DNA of 64,000 bases. It comes from Arthrobacter sp. GTDB taxonomy: Bacteria > Actinomycetota > Actinomycetes > Actinomycetales > Micrococcaceae. Position 1 is the stretch's first letter. The number at the start of each line of letters is the position of its first letter. The notes beneath the pieces were generated by a model, which saw only the letters and a program-made list of their open reading frames with translations, was not told the origin of the DNA and ran no database searches. The stretch spans positions 65,842 to 129,841 of the forward strand of contig JAHFUZ010000005.1 in NCBI GenBank assembly GCA_023264815.1. The letters are read 5' to 3'. Shown here piece by piece: positions 54,917 to 63,334 of the stretch. A program made the translations under genes and the position numbers.

Positions 54917-56083
54917 TCAGTCCCCCTTGACGTTGATCAGCTGATGCAGTTTATGGCGCACCTTGACCAGGTCCGCGGCGTCATGCATCACTTGGTCAAT
55001 AGGTTTGTACGCCGCCGGAATCTCGTCGATGAACGCATCGCTGGCGCGGAATTCGATTCCGCGCATGGCGGTCTTCAGCTCTGCGAGGGTGAACGCCTTG
55101 CGGGCGGCGTTGCGCGAGTATTCCCGCCCGGCGCCGTGCGGGGAGGAATTGAGGGAGGCGGGGTTGCCGAGGCCTTCCACAACGTACGACGCCGTTCCCA
55201 TGGATCCGGGGATCAGCCCGGGATCGCCGTGCTCGGCTTTGATGGCCCCCTTCCGGGAGACCCAGACGGACTTTCCGTAGTGCGTCTCCTGCCGGGTGAA
55301 GTTGTGGTGGCAGTTGATCCGTTCGCGTTCCGTAACATGGCCGCCCAACCAGCGGCTGAACTGTTCGATGACGCGGTCCATCATTTCCTCGCGGTTGAGC
55401 AGGGCGAAATGCTGGGCCCACCGGAGCTCCGCCAGGTACCGGTTGAATTCGGACGTGCCTTCCTCCAGGTAGGCGAGGTCCGGGTCCGGCAGCCGTGTTC
55501 CGCGCTTCTGGGTCACGTGCCGGGCGACGCCGATGTGGTGCTGGGCGATTTTGTTGCCGATGCCGCGTGAGCCGGAGTGCAGGAACAGCCAGACCGCGCC
55601 GGTTTCGTCGGCCGAAACCTCGATGAAGTGGTTGCCGGAGCCGAGCGAGCCCAGCTGCAGCTCCCATTTCTCCACGTATTGGGCCGGGTTGAAGCCTGCC
55701 TTGGCCGCGAGTTTCCTGAGTTCGGCGATCCGAGGCTCGGCGGTGGCCTTGATGGTCCGGTTGTTGTGGCCCGCCGAGAGCGGAATGGCCTTTTCGATGT
55801 CCTCACGCAGCCGTTTCCGGTCCCTGGGCAGGTCCTGCACGGCGTACTGGGTCCGGACCGCGATCATGCCGCAACCGATGTCCACCCCCACGGCTGCCGG
55901 AATGATGGCGTGCAGGGTGGGAATGACCGAGCCAACGGTGGCGCCCTTGCCCAGGTGGGCGTCCGGCATCAGGGCCAGGTGCGGGTAGATAAACGGGAGC
56001 GTGGACGTGGCCAGCGCCTGGGCGCGGGTCTTCTCGTCCAGGATCGAGGCCCAGCTGATGAGCTTGGCTGAGATGGTTTCCAA
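54917..56083 (-). CDS. rtcB: RNA-splicing ligase RtcB
   Basis: ...LMPDAHLGKGATVGSVIP..., ...GVDIGCGM..., ...GSLGSGNHFIE..., ...HSGSRGIGN... and ...HHNF.... The start is TTG at 56083, preceded by GGGAGGG. Confidence 0.92.
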   Translation of the reverse strand: METISAKLISWASILDEKTRAQALATSTLPFIYPHLALMPDAHLGKGATVGSVIPTLHAIIPAAVGVDIGCGMIAVRTQYAVQDLPRDRKRLREDIEKAIPLSAGHNNRTIKATAEPRIAELRKLAAKAGFNPAQYVEKWELQLGSLGSGNHFIEVSADETGAVWLFLHSGSRGIGNKIAQHHIGVARHVTQKRGTRLPDPDLAYLEEGTSEFNRYLAELRWAQHFALLNREEMMDRVIEQFSRWLGGHVTERERINCHHNFTRQETHYGKSVWVSRKGAIKAEHGDPGLIPGSMGTASYVVEGLGNPASLNSSPHGAGREYSRNAARKAFTLAELKTAMRGIEFRASDAFIDEIPAAYKPIDQVMHDAADLVKVRHKLHQLINVKGD

Positions 56084-56148
56084 CGGTCTGCCCTCCCACT
56101 CCCGATGATGGTGGGAGGGGCACGGACCCGCAAGGCCTAATAACGGCT

Positions 56149-56175
56149 CTGCCCCGCACAACCGATGCGGGGCAG
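56149..56175 (-). terminator. Stem-loop downstream of cysN, with an alternative pairing partner at 56185-56194
   Basis: ctgccccgca (56149-56158) pairs with tgcggggcag (56166-75). A second tgcggggcag lies at 56185-56194. Only a weak U-run follows on the minus strand. Confidence 0.45.
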
Positions 56176-56229
56176 CAACGGTCATGCGGGGCAGGGCAGC
56201 TCCAGCAGAGGCTTAGATCGGCTAGAGGC

Positions 56230-57633
56230 TTAGATCGAGTAGCGCTCATCCTCGTGATCGCCCGGGTGGTCCTTGACCAGTCCGGCGGCCAGCGTATTGC
56301 CGTCCAGCGGGTCGATCACCAGGAACGCGCCGGTCCGGCGGTGGTGCAGGTAGTTCTCCAGTGGCAGCGCGGCGGCGAGGCGGAGCTGCGCGTGCCCGAT
56401 GTCGTTCAGCTCCAGGCTGGATGCGCCCTCAAGCTTGAAGGTGGACAGGTCCAGCTTGCCGCTGACGTTGCGGACCACTGCCTGGACGGTGCGGGTGCCG
56501 TGCTTGACCAGGACCTTTGCACCTTCCCGGAGCGGCTTGGGCGAGAGCCAGCAGAGGGCTGCGTACAGGTCGGCGGAGGCTTCGCGGACGGTGCCGGCGG
56601 CGGCGATCGTGTCACCGCGGGCCACGTCGAACTCGTCGGCCAGGCGCAGGGCCACGGACTGCGGGGCGGCGGCTTCCTCCAGCGAGGATCCGGCGAAGTC
56701 GATGCCCGCCACGGTGGTGGTGCGCGGGTCCTGGCCGGGGGTCAGCACGGAGACCTGGTCCCCCACCTTCACGGAGCCTTCGGTGATCTGCCCGGCATAT
56801 GCGCGGTAGTCGCGGTAGGCCTCCACGTCCAGGCCGGCCGCCACGGCGTCGGGTGCCAGGGCGCCCTGCGGCCGGATGACCAGCTGCACCGGGAAGCGGA
56901 AGCTCTCCAGGTGGCTTTCCAGTTCGTCGGCGGCGGGGAGGGTTTCCAGGACCTCCAGCAGCGCCGGCCCGGTGTACCAGGGGGTGCGCTCCGAGCGATC
57001 CACCACGTTGTCGCCGTCGAGCGCGGACACAGGGATCACCAGGAGGTCGCTGATGCCATCGGAGCCAAGGCCAAGTTCGCGGCCCACTTGCTGTACGTCC
57101 GCCTCAATCTCGCGGAATACGGACTCGCTGAACTCCACCAGGTCGATCTTGTTGACCGCCACAATCACGTGCGCCACCCGCAGCAGCTGCAGCACGGACA
57201 GGTGCCGGCGGGTCTGCTCCAGCACGCCCTTGCGGGCGTCGATAAGTACGACGACGGCATCCGCAGTGGACGCGCCGGTCACCGTGTTCTTGGTGTACTG
57301 GACGTGCCCGGGGCAGTCCGCCAGGATGAAGCTGCGCCGGTCCGTGGCGAAGTAGCGGTAGGCCACGTCGATGGTGATGCCCTGTTCGCGCTCGGCGCGC
57401 AGGCCGTCGGTCAGCAGGGCGAGGTCGATCCCGCCCTTCTCGCCGCCGAAGCCGCGGTCTGCGGACGTGCGGGCAACGGCGTCGAGCGTGTCAGCCAGGA
57501 TGGCCTTGGAATCGTGGAGGAGGCGGCCCACCAAAGTGGACTTGCCGTCGTCGACCGATCCTGCGGTGGCGAACCGGAACAAGGTGGTGGGCAGGGCAGT
57601 CTCGAGGTCTGCAGCCAAAGTGTCCGTGCTCAT
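56230..57633 (-). CDS. cysN: Sulfate adenylyltransferase subunit 1 (GTPase)
   Basis: GTPase motifs G1 GSVDDGKST, DCPGH and NKID. There is an EF-Tu-like beta-barrel C-terminus and no APS-kinase domain. A 1-nt overlap with cysD. Confidence 0.93.
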   Translation of the reverse strand: MSTDTLAADLETALPTTLFRFATAGSVDDGKSTLVGRLLHDSKAILADTLDAVARTSADRGFGGEKGGIDLALLTDGLRAEREQGITIDVAYRYFATDRRSFILADCPGHVQYTKNTVTGASTADAVVVLIDARKGVLEQTRRHLSVLQLLRVAHVIVAVNKIDLVEFSESVFREIEADVQQVGRELGLGSDGISDLLVIPVSALDGDNVVDRSERTPWYTGPALLEVLETLPAADELESHLESFRFPVQLVIRPQGALAPDAVAAGLDVEAYRDYRAYAGQITEGSVKVGDQVSVLTPGQDPRTTTVAGIDFAGSSLEEAAAPQSVALRLADEFDVARGDTIAAAGTVREASADLYAALCWLSPKPLREGAKVLVKHGTRTVQAVVRNVSGKLDLSTFKLEGASSLELNDIGHAQLRLAAALPLENYLHHRRTGAFLVIDPLDGNTLAAGLVKDHPGDHEDERYSI

Positions 57634-58577
57634 TAGAAGTACCCGTCCTTCTTGCGGTCTTCCATGGCGGCCTCGGAGATGCGGTCATCTGCACGGGTGG
57701 CGCCACGTTCGGTCAGGGTGGAGGCAGCAACTTCGACGACGACGTCGGACACGGTGTACGCGTCCGACTCCACGGCGCCGGTGCAGGACATGTCCCCCAC
57801 GGTGCGGTAGCGGACGGTCTTGGTGATGACTTCCTCGTGCGGCAGCGGCTGGGACACCTCGCCCACCGCCCGCCACATGCCGTCGCGGGCAAACACCTCG
57901 CGCTCGTGGGCGTAGTACAGGCCCGGCAGTTCGATGTTCTCGCGCTCGATGTAGCGCCAGATGTCCAGCTCGGTCCAGTTGCTGATGGGGAATGCGCGCA
58001 CGTGCTGGCCCACGGTGTGGCGGCCGTTGTACAGGTTCCACAGCTCGGGGCGCTGGTTGCGCGGATCCCACTGGCCGAATTCGTCGCGCAGGCTCAGGAT
58101 GCGTTCCTTGGCGCGGGCCTTGTCCTCGTCACGGCGGCCGCCGCCGAAGACGGCGTCGAACTTGTTGCGCTGGATCGCGTCCAGCAGCGGGACGGTCTGC
58201 AGCGGGTTGCGGGTGCCGTCGGCACGCTCGGCCAGTTCGCCGGAGTCGATGAACTCCTGCACGGAGCCGACAACCAGCTTCAGGCCCAGGCGCTCCACGG
58301 TGCGGTCGCGGAAGTCGATGACCTCGGGGAAGTTGTGGCCGGTATCCACGTGCAGCACGGGGAAGGGCACCTTGCCCGGCCAGAACGCCTTGGTGGCCAG
58401 GTGCAGCATCACCACGGAGTCCTTGCCGCCGGAGAACAGCAGCGCAGGCTTCTCGAACTCGGCCACGACTTCGCGGATGATGTGGATGGCCTCGGATTCG
58501 AGGGTGTCCAGGCTGGAGAGGCGCGTTGATACGGCGGCGTCGGTCACCTGGGTCTCCTCGGTTAGGAAAGTGCTCAT
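57633..58577 (-). CDS. cysD: Sulfate adenylyltransferase subunit 2
   Basis: Start at ATG 58577 (MSTFLTEE...). PP-loop LFSGGKDSVVMLHL. ...HVDTGHNFPEV.... ATGA overlap with the cysH stop. Confidence 0.93.
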   Translation of the reverse strand: MSTFLTEETQVTDAAVSTRLSSLDTLESEAIHIIREVVAEFEKPALLFSGGKDSVVMLHLATKAFWPGKVPFPVLHVDTGHNFPEVIDFRDRTVERLGLKLVVGSVQEFIDSGELAERADGTRNPLQTVPLLDAIQRNKFDAVFGGGRRDEDKARAKERILSLRDEFGQWDPRNQRPELWNLYNGRHTVGQHVRAFPISNWTELDIWRYIERENIELPGLYYAHEREVFARDGMWRAVGEVSQPLPHEEVITKTVRYRTVGDMSCTGAVESDAYTVSDVVVEVAASTLTERGATRADDRISEAAMEDRKKDGYF

Positions 58578-59305
58578 ACGTGTAGTCCGCATTCTGTCTT
58601 GTCGGTACCTGCCCAGCGGCCGGCGCGCGGGTCGTCGCCCGGCGCCACCTTGCGGGTGCAGGGCTGGCAGCCAATGGAGGGGTAGCCCTGGGAAAGCAGC
58701 GGGTTCACGGGCAGGAGGTTGTCGTCCGAGTACTGGACCAGCTGGTCGAACGTCCACGCAGCCACCGGATTGACCTTGACCAGGCCGTTGGCCTCGTCCC
58801 AGGTCACCAGCGGGGTGTTGGTGCGGGTGGGGGCCTCGTCGCGGCGCACGCCGGTGAACCACAGTTCGTAGCCGGACAGGGTGCGGCGCAGCGGGGCCAC
58901 CTTGCGGAGGGCGCAGCACTGGGCTGCGTCGCGGGCGAACAGGTCCTTGCCCAGGAGCCGGTCCTGCTGCTCCACGGTGTTCTCGGGGAGCACGTCCACC
59001 ACGTTGACCCGGAGGTTCGCGGCCACCTCATCGCGCGTGGCGTAGGTTTCCGGGAAGTGGTAGCCGGTCTCCAGGAACAGGACGTCGACGCCGGGCATCT
59101 GGTCAGCGACCAGCGCCGGCAGGACGGCGTCGGCCATGGAGCAGGCGACGGCGACGGCGGGCAGGTCGAAGTTGCGCTCCACCCAGGCGATCACGTCGCG
59201 GGCCGGGGCGTCCCAGCCGAGTTCGGCGGCGCCGGACTCGGCCAGGGCCCTAAGCTCGTCGTGAGAGCGGAGTACGGGATCTACCCCCAGGGCGTGCTTG
59301 CTCAC
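58574..59305 (-). CDS. cysH: Adenosine 5'-phosphosulfate (APS/PAPS) reductase, Fe-S type
   Basis: Cys pairs QCCALRKV and SIGCQPCT suggest a 4Fe-4S APS-reductase type. C-terminal KTECGLHV. The start GTG at 59305 overlaps the sulfite reductase stop (GTGA). Confidence 0.9.
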   Translation of the reverse strand: MSKHALGVDPVLRSHDELRALAESGAAELGWDAPARDVIAWVERNFDLPAVAVACSMADAVLPALVADQMPGVDVLFLETGYHFPETYATRDEVAANLRVNVVDVLPENTVEQQDRLLGKDLFARDAAQCCALRKVAPLRRTLSGYELWFTGVRRDEAPTRTNTPLVTWDEANGLVKVNPVAAWTFDQLVQYSDDNLLPVNPLLSQGYPSIGCQPCTRKVAPGDDPRAGRWAGTDKTECGLHV

Positions 59306-61050
59306 TGGAGTGCCTCCTCGTCTGCTGCGTGGGCCCACTCTGCGAAGGTCTGGCCTTCGGCGCGCTGGGCCACGAAGGTGCGCACAACGCGCTCAACGTA
59401 GTCCGGCAGGTCCTCGACGTAGACCTTGAGGCCGCGCACGGTGCGTCCCAGCCCTGCTTCGTCACGGGTGGAGGAAGCCAGCCCGCCACCGAGGTGGACC
59501 TGGAATCCCGGGGAGGGATCGCCGTCGGGCGTTGGCAGCATCATGCCCTTCAGTCCGATGTCCGCGGTCTGGATGCGGGCGCACGAGTTGGGGCAGCCGT
59601 TGATGTGGAGGGACAGTGCGTGCGGCAGGTCGCCGGACTCCGCCAGGTCCGCGAGGCGGCGTTCCAGCTCGGCCACGGCGGTGGCGGCGGTGACCTTCGT
59701 TTCCACGATGGCGAGCTTGCAGTATTCGATGCCGGTGCAGGCGATGGTGCCGCGGCGGAACACGGACGGGCGGGCGGACAGGCCCAGCGCATCCAGTTCG
59801 GCCACGAGCGGCTCAACCTGGTCCTTCTCGACGTCCAGCACCACGAGCTTCTGGTGCGGCGTGGTGCGCAGCCGGTAGGAGCCGCGGGCCTCGAGGGTGT
59901 CCGCCAGCTTGACCAGCGCGGCGCCGGACAGGCGGCCGGCCAGCGGGGTGGCGCCGATGAAGAACTTCCCGTCCTTCTGCTCGTGCACGCCGATGTGGTC
60001 ACCGGGGGTGGTGGGCTTGGGCGCGGCAGGACCGTCGGCAAGCTTGTAGCCCAGGTATTCGTCCTCGAGGATCTGGCGGAACTTCTCCGGACCCCAGTCG
60101 GCCATGAGGAACTTCAGGCGGGCCTTGGTGCGCATGCGCCGGTAGCCGTAGTCGCGGAAGATGCTGGTGACGCCGAGCCACACGTCAGCGGCCTGTTCCG
60201 GCTTCACGAAGGCGCCCAGGCGCTTGCCGAGCATCGGGTTGGTGGACAGCGCGCCGCCGGCCCAGAGGTCGTAGCCAATGCCGAGTTCCGGGTGGCGGAC
60301 ACCCACCAGGGCGAAGTCGTTGATCTCGTGGACCACATCCTGGCTGGGGTGGCCGGTGATGGCGGTCTTGTACTTGCGCGGCAGGTTGGAGAGCAGCGGG
60401 TTGCCGATGAACCGCTCCCCCAGTTCCGCGATCAGCGGGGTGGGGTCGATGATCTCGTCCTTGGCGATGCCGGCCACGGGCGAGCCCAGGATGACGCGCG
60501 GAACGTCGCCGCAGGCCTCGGTGGTGGACAGGCCAACACCTTCCAGGCGGGTCCAGATCTCGGGGATATCCTCCACGCGGATCCAGTGCAGCTGGATGTT
60601 CTGGCGGTCGGTGAGGTCCGCGGAGTCCCGGGCGAAGTCCACGGAGATCTGGCCGATCACGCGCAGCTGCTCGGTGGTGAGCGCGCCGCCGTCGATCCTC
60701 ACGCGGAGCATAAAGTACTTGTCCTCGAGCTCGTGCGGCTCAAGGGTTGCGGTCTTGCCGCCGTCGATCCCGGGCTTGCGCTGGGTGTAGAGGCCCCACC
60801 AGCGGAACCGGCCGTGCAGGTCCTGGCTGGGGATGGCGTCGAAGCCGTCCTTGGAGTAAATGGTCTCGATACGCTCGCGCACGTTGAGGCCGTCGTCTTC
60901 CTGTTTCCAGGTTTCATTGGCGTTCAGCGGGGTTTTGCCGTCCACTTTCCACTGCCCGTGCGGCTTCGCGGCGGGGCGGGTGGAGGTGCGTGCGGGCCGC
61001 GTGGAAGCGGCGGAGTCCGCGGACGCTCCGGCTAGAGCTGTATCAGTCAT
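59302..61050 (-). CDS. sirA: Ferredoxin-dependent sulfite reductase (siroheme/4Fe-4S; SirA/CysI type)
   Basis: Cluster cysteines are in TIACTGIEYCKLAIVETK and HINGCPNSCARIQ. There are duplicated nitrite/sulfite reductase halves. The start is set at ATG 61050, with ATG 61083 as the alternative. Confidence 0.92.
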   Translation of the reverse strand: MTDTALAGASADSAASTRPARTSTRPAAKPHGQWKVDGKTPLNANETWKQEDDGLNVRERIETIYSKDGFDAIPSQDLHGRFRWWGLYTQRKPGIDGGKTATLEPHELEDKYFMLRVRIDGGALTTEQLRVIGQISVDFARDSADLTDRQNIQLHWIRVEDIPEIWTRLEGVGLSTTEACGDVPRVILGSPVAGIAKDEIIDPTPLIAELGERFIGNPLLSNLPRKYKTAITGHPSQDVVHEINDFALVGVRHPELGIGYDLWAGGALSTNPMLGKRLGAFVKPEQAADVWLGVTSIFRDYGYRRMRTKARLKFLMADWGPEKFRQILEDEYLGYKLADGPAAPKPTTPGDHIGVHEQKDGKFFIGATPLAGRLSGAALVKLADTLEARGSYRLRTTPHQKLVVLDVEKDQVEPLVAELDALGLSARPSVFRRGTIACTGIEYCKLAIVETKVTAATAVAELERRLADLAESGDLPHALSLHINGCPNSCARIQTADIGLKGMMLPTPDGDPSPGFQVHLGGGLASSTRDEAGLGRTVRGLKVYVEDLPDYVERVVRTFVAQRAEGQTFAEWAHAADEEALQ

Positions 61051-61093
61051 GCATCGACTGTAGGTGTCCCATAATGGCGTCACAAAGGGTCGG

Positions 61094-61128
61094 GAAACGC
61101 TAAGTCACCTAGGGAAACATTTCGTCAC
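61094..61128 (-). promoter_or_regulatory. Two GAAAC-N5-GTCAC motifs exactly 20 bp apart upstream of the sulfite reductase operon
   Basis: gaaacgctaagtcac (61094-61108) and gaaacatttcgtcac (61114-61128). An extra GTCAC lies at 61078-61082. The proximal motif is 44 nt upstream of ATG 61050. Confidence 0.45.
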
Positions 61129-61227
61129 GAACCGCCGGTGAGCCTTGAAGAACACCGCTTCCTGTGATTCGCCGCGCCCTGGGTTTTGGGGCGCTGCAGG
61201 CGCCCTGCAGGCGCACCGGTGGCGCCT

Positions 61228-61962
61228 TTACTGCCCGTTCGCGACGGCGGCGTCGAACCGTTCCAGCGCAATCTCGGCGAGCACGGCGGACGGCAGCAGC
61301 GGTTCCGTGACGAGGTCGGCCCCTGCCTTCGCCAGCTGGTCGTGGAAGAAGCCCGGCGCGAGGAGGTAGGAGGCAATCACCACGCGGCCGCCGTCGTCCA
61401 CGGCCCCCGCGGACTCTCCCGCACCGGCACCTCCGGCCTGTTCCTCGCGGAGCATGGCGACGGCGTCGGGCACGGACGGCTTGGCAGAAGCTCCATAGGC
61501 GGGCTCAATCCGGTTGCGCCGAAGCTTCCGGAGCTGGTCCGCGAGCTCCTCGACGCTCAGGGCGGCATTGGCGTTGGAGGACCCCGCAGCGGCGAGCACC
61601 ACGGCGTCGCGGTCGGTTACGCCGGCCTCGCGGAGGCGCTGGTCCAGCAGGGCCGCGAGGCGCGGATCCGGCCCGAGCGGCGCGGCAGCGAAGGTGCCCG
61701 GCCGGCTTTTGACGGCCCGCGCGATATCCACCTTGACGTGGTAGCCCACGCTGAGCAGCAGGGGAACCACGACGGCGGCCTCCCCCTCGGGCAGGCCGGC
61801 CACCACATCCACCAGGTCCGGCTGCTGGACGTCCACGTAGGCTTCCCGGACGTCCAGTCCCGGGCGCAGCTCGGCGATTGCGGCGCGCAGGGCATTGACC
61901 TCCGCGGCCCCCTGGCTGCTGGAGGTCCCGTGGGCGCAGGCGATCATGATGGGGTTGTTCAT
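61228..61962 (-). CDS. Sirohydrochlorin ferrochelatase (CbiX/SirB family)
   Basis: Start at ATG 61962 (MNNPIMIACAHGTSS...). It has the duplicated CbiX-like halves and lies in the sulfite-reductase cluster. Confidence 0.8.
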   Translation of the reverse strand: MNNPIMIACAHGTSSSQGAAEVNALRAAIAELRPGLDVREAYVDVQQPDLVDVVAGLPEGEAAVVVPLLLSVGYHVKVDIARAVKSRPGTFAAAPLGPDPRLAALLDQRLREAGVTDRDAVVLAAAGSSNANAALSVEELADQLRKLRRNRIEPAYGASAKPSVPDAVAMLREEQAGGAGAGESAGAVDDGGRVVIASYLLAPGFFHDQLAKAGADLVTEPLLPSAVLAEIALERFDAAVANGQ

Positions 61963-62022
61963 AGGGGCTAGCGTAACGTTGGAGCCGCACTGTCCGCCCA
62001 CTATTGACCAGCCAGGACGCCC

Positions 62023-62718
62023 ATGACCTTCGCCTTTGACAACGCTCCGGTATGGCTTGACCTGCTGGGCGTTTTCTTCTTCGCGGTATCCGGCTCACTC
62101 CTGGCAGCCCGGAAGAACATCGACATTGTGGGCTCCCTGCTCCTGGCCTCCCTGGTGGGCCTGGGCGGCGGCGTCATCCGCGACCTCATCCTCGACAGCG
62201 GCCCGCCCGCCGCCTTCAGCAACCCGGCCTACCTGTTCCCGCCGCTGCTGGCCACTGTCCTGGTCTACTTCCTGTTCACCAGCGTGCAGCGGTACACCTC
62301 GCTGCTGATCCTGTTCGACGCCGGCGGGCTGGCCCTGTTCTGCATGACCGGCACCGTCAAGGCCCTGGAGGTGGGCATGCACCCGGTGGCAGCCGTCCTC
62401 CTCGGCGTGATGACGGCCGTGGGCGGCGGCCTGCTCCGCGACGTCACGGCCAACGAGGTGCCGCAGCTGTTCAACCCCAAGGACATTTACGCCCTGCCGG
62501 CCTTTGCGGGCGCAGCGCTGACGTCCCTCCTGTGGGTTGCCGGCGCCTTCAACGTCCTCACCGCTGCGGCCGTGGCCACCATTGTGTTCACCTTCCGCGT
62601 GGTGGCTTGGCGGCGTTCGTGGCAGGCCCCGCTGGCCGTCCACGGCTGGCACCGGCGGTCCTTGCGCAAGGGCGGTTCCGGGGATGGCGGGAGCGGCATT
62701 GAGGGCCGCCGCGATTAG
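62023..62718 (+). CDS. Trimeric intracellular cation channel-type membrane protein (UPF0126/YadS family)
   Basis: Two internal repeats, each with the Gly-rich helix motif LGGGVIRD / VGGGLLRD. Confidence 0.88.
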   Translation: MTFAFDNAPVWLDLLGVFFFAVSGSLLAARKNIDIVGSLLLASLVGLGGGVIRDLILDSGPPAAFSNPAYLFPPLLATVLVYFLFTSVQRYTSLLILFDAGGLALFCMTGTVKALEVGMHPVAAVLLGVMTAVGGGLLRDVTANEVPQLFNPKDIYALPAFAGAALTSLLWVAGAFNVLTAAAVATIVFTFRVVAWRRSWQAPLAVHGWHRRSLRKGGSGDGGSGIEGRRD

Positions 62719-62726
62719 CTAGGATT

Positions 62727-63158
62727 GTGGTCATGACTGACATGTTCCTCGAGAAGTTCCGCGCGCTTGTTCCGAAATATCTCGAGGACGAATGGCAGGA
62801 AGAAGACGGCCTGTCCACGGAAGAGCTGGACGCCGCCCTCGCCGAACACCAGTTCCAGATTCCCCTGGTGCTGCGCGAGTTCTACCAGGCTGTGGGCGGC
62901 TGCGAGGACCTCATGGAGGCCTACCACTACTTCTGGGACCCTGAAGAACTCGAAGTGGACGACGAAGGCTTCCTCATGTTCCTCGAGGACGAAGAGGAAC
63001 AGTTCACCTGGGGCTTCCGGGTGGGCGACCTCGGCGTCCCGGACCCCATCGTGTACCGCCGCAACAACGCCCGCGCGCAGTGGAAATCTGAGGAAGGCAC
63101 CTTCTCGGAATTCGTCTTCGACATGTTCGAGTGGGCCTTCAACGACGAGGAAGACTAG
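62727..63158 (+). CDS. SMI1/KNR4 (SUKH superfamily) protein, highly acidic
   Basis: 143-aa ORF. ...EELDAALAEHQFQIPLVLREFYQAVGG... and ...FLMFLEDEEEQFTWGF... follow the SUKH-1 pattern as I remember it. Confidence 0.65.
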   Translation: MVMTDMFLEKFRALVPKYLEDEWQEEDGLSTEELDAALAEHQFQIPLVLREFYQAVGGCEDLMEAYHYFWDPEELEVDDEGFLMFLEDEEEQFTWGFRVGDLGVPDPIVYRRNNARAQWKSEEGTFSEFVFDMFEWAFNDEED

Positions 63159-63265
63159 CCCTCCTCCGGTCTTCTCCGCCGGAACTGGGGCACCTCGACA
63201 CTCACTTGCCGAACGAAGCCCAAGAAAGCTTGTGACACGCCAAGTAACAAAGCACTTGTAGTATG

Positions 63266-63279
63266 TGACAGATCTGTCA
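63266..63279. promoter_or_regulatory. 14-bp perfect palindrome TGACAGATCTGTCA in the convergent intergenic region
   Basis: tgacagatctgtca is self-complementary. Its function is unknown. Confidence 0.3.
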
Positions 63280-63334
63280 TAGACTGTTCACGGATCCGCT
63301 AAACGCCTCCGGCGGGTCTGATGCGAACGGAGAT

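Noticed and set aside
53068-54930. 620-aa plus-strand ORF
   Set aside because: It is antisense to the Ssu-like ABC ATPase and substrate-binding genes, which have Walker and SBP motifs. It is a shadow ORF.
58578-58919. N-terminal extension of the cysD ORF (428-aa track ORF)
   Set aside because: It overlaps cysH in another frame and is Arg/Pro-rich. The ATGA-coupled start at 58577 gives a normal-length CysD with its PP-loop near the N-terminus.
59329-61035. 568-aa plus-strand ORF
   Set aside because: It is antisense to the sulfite reductase gene, which has clear Fe-S/siroheme motifs. It is a shadow ORF. The same reasoning applies to 56254-57636 (antisense to cysN), 47689-49194 and 20131-21228 (antisense to the fprA copies), 16781-18172, 18574-19641, 39260-40615, 40893-42536, 44540-45730, 4130-5311 and 1288-2316.
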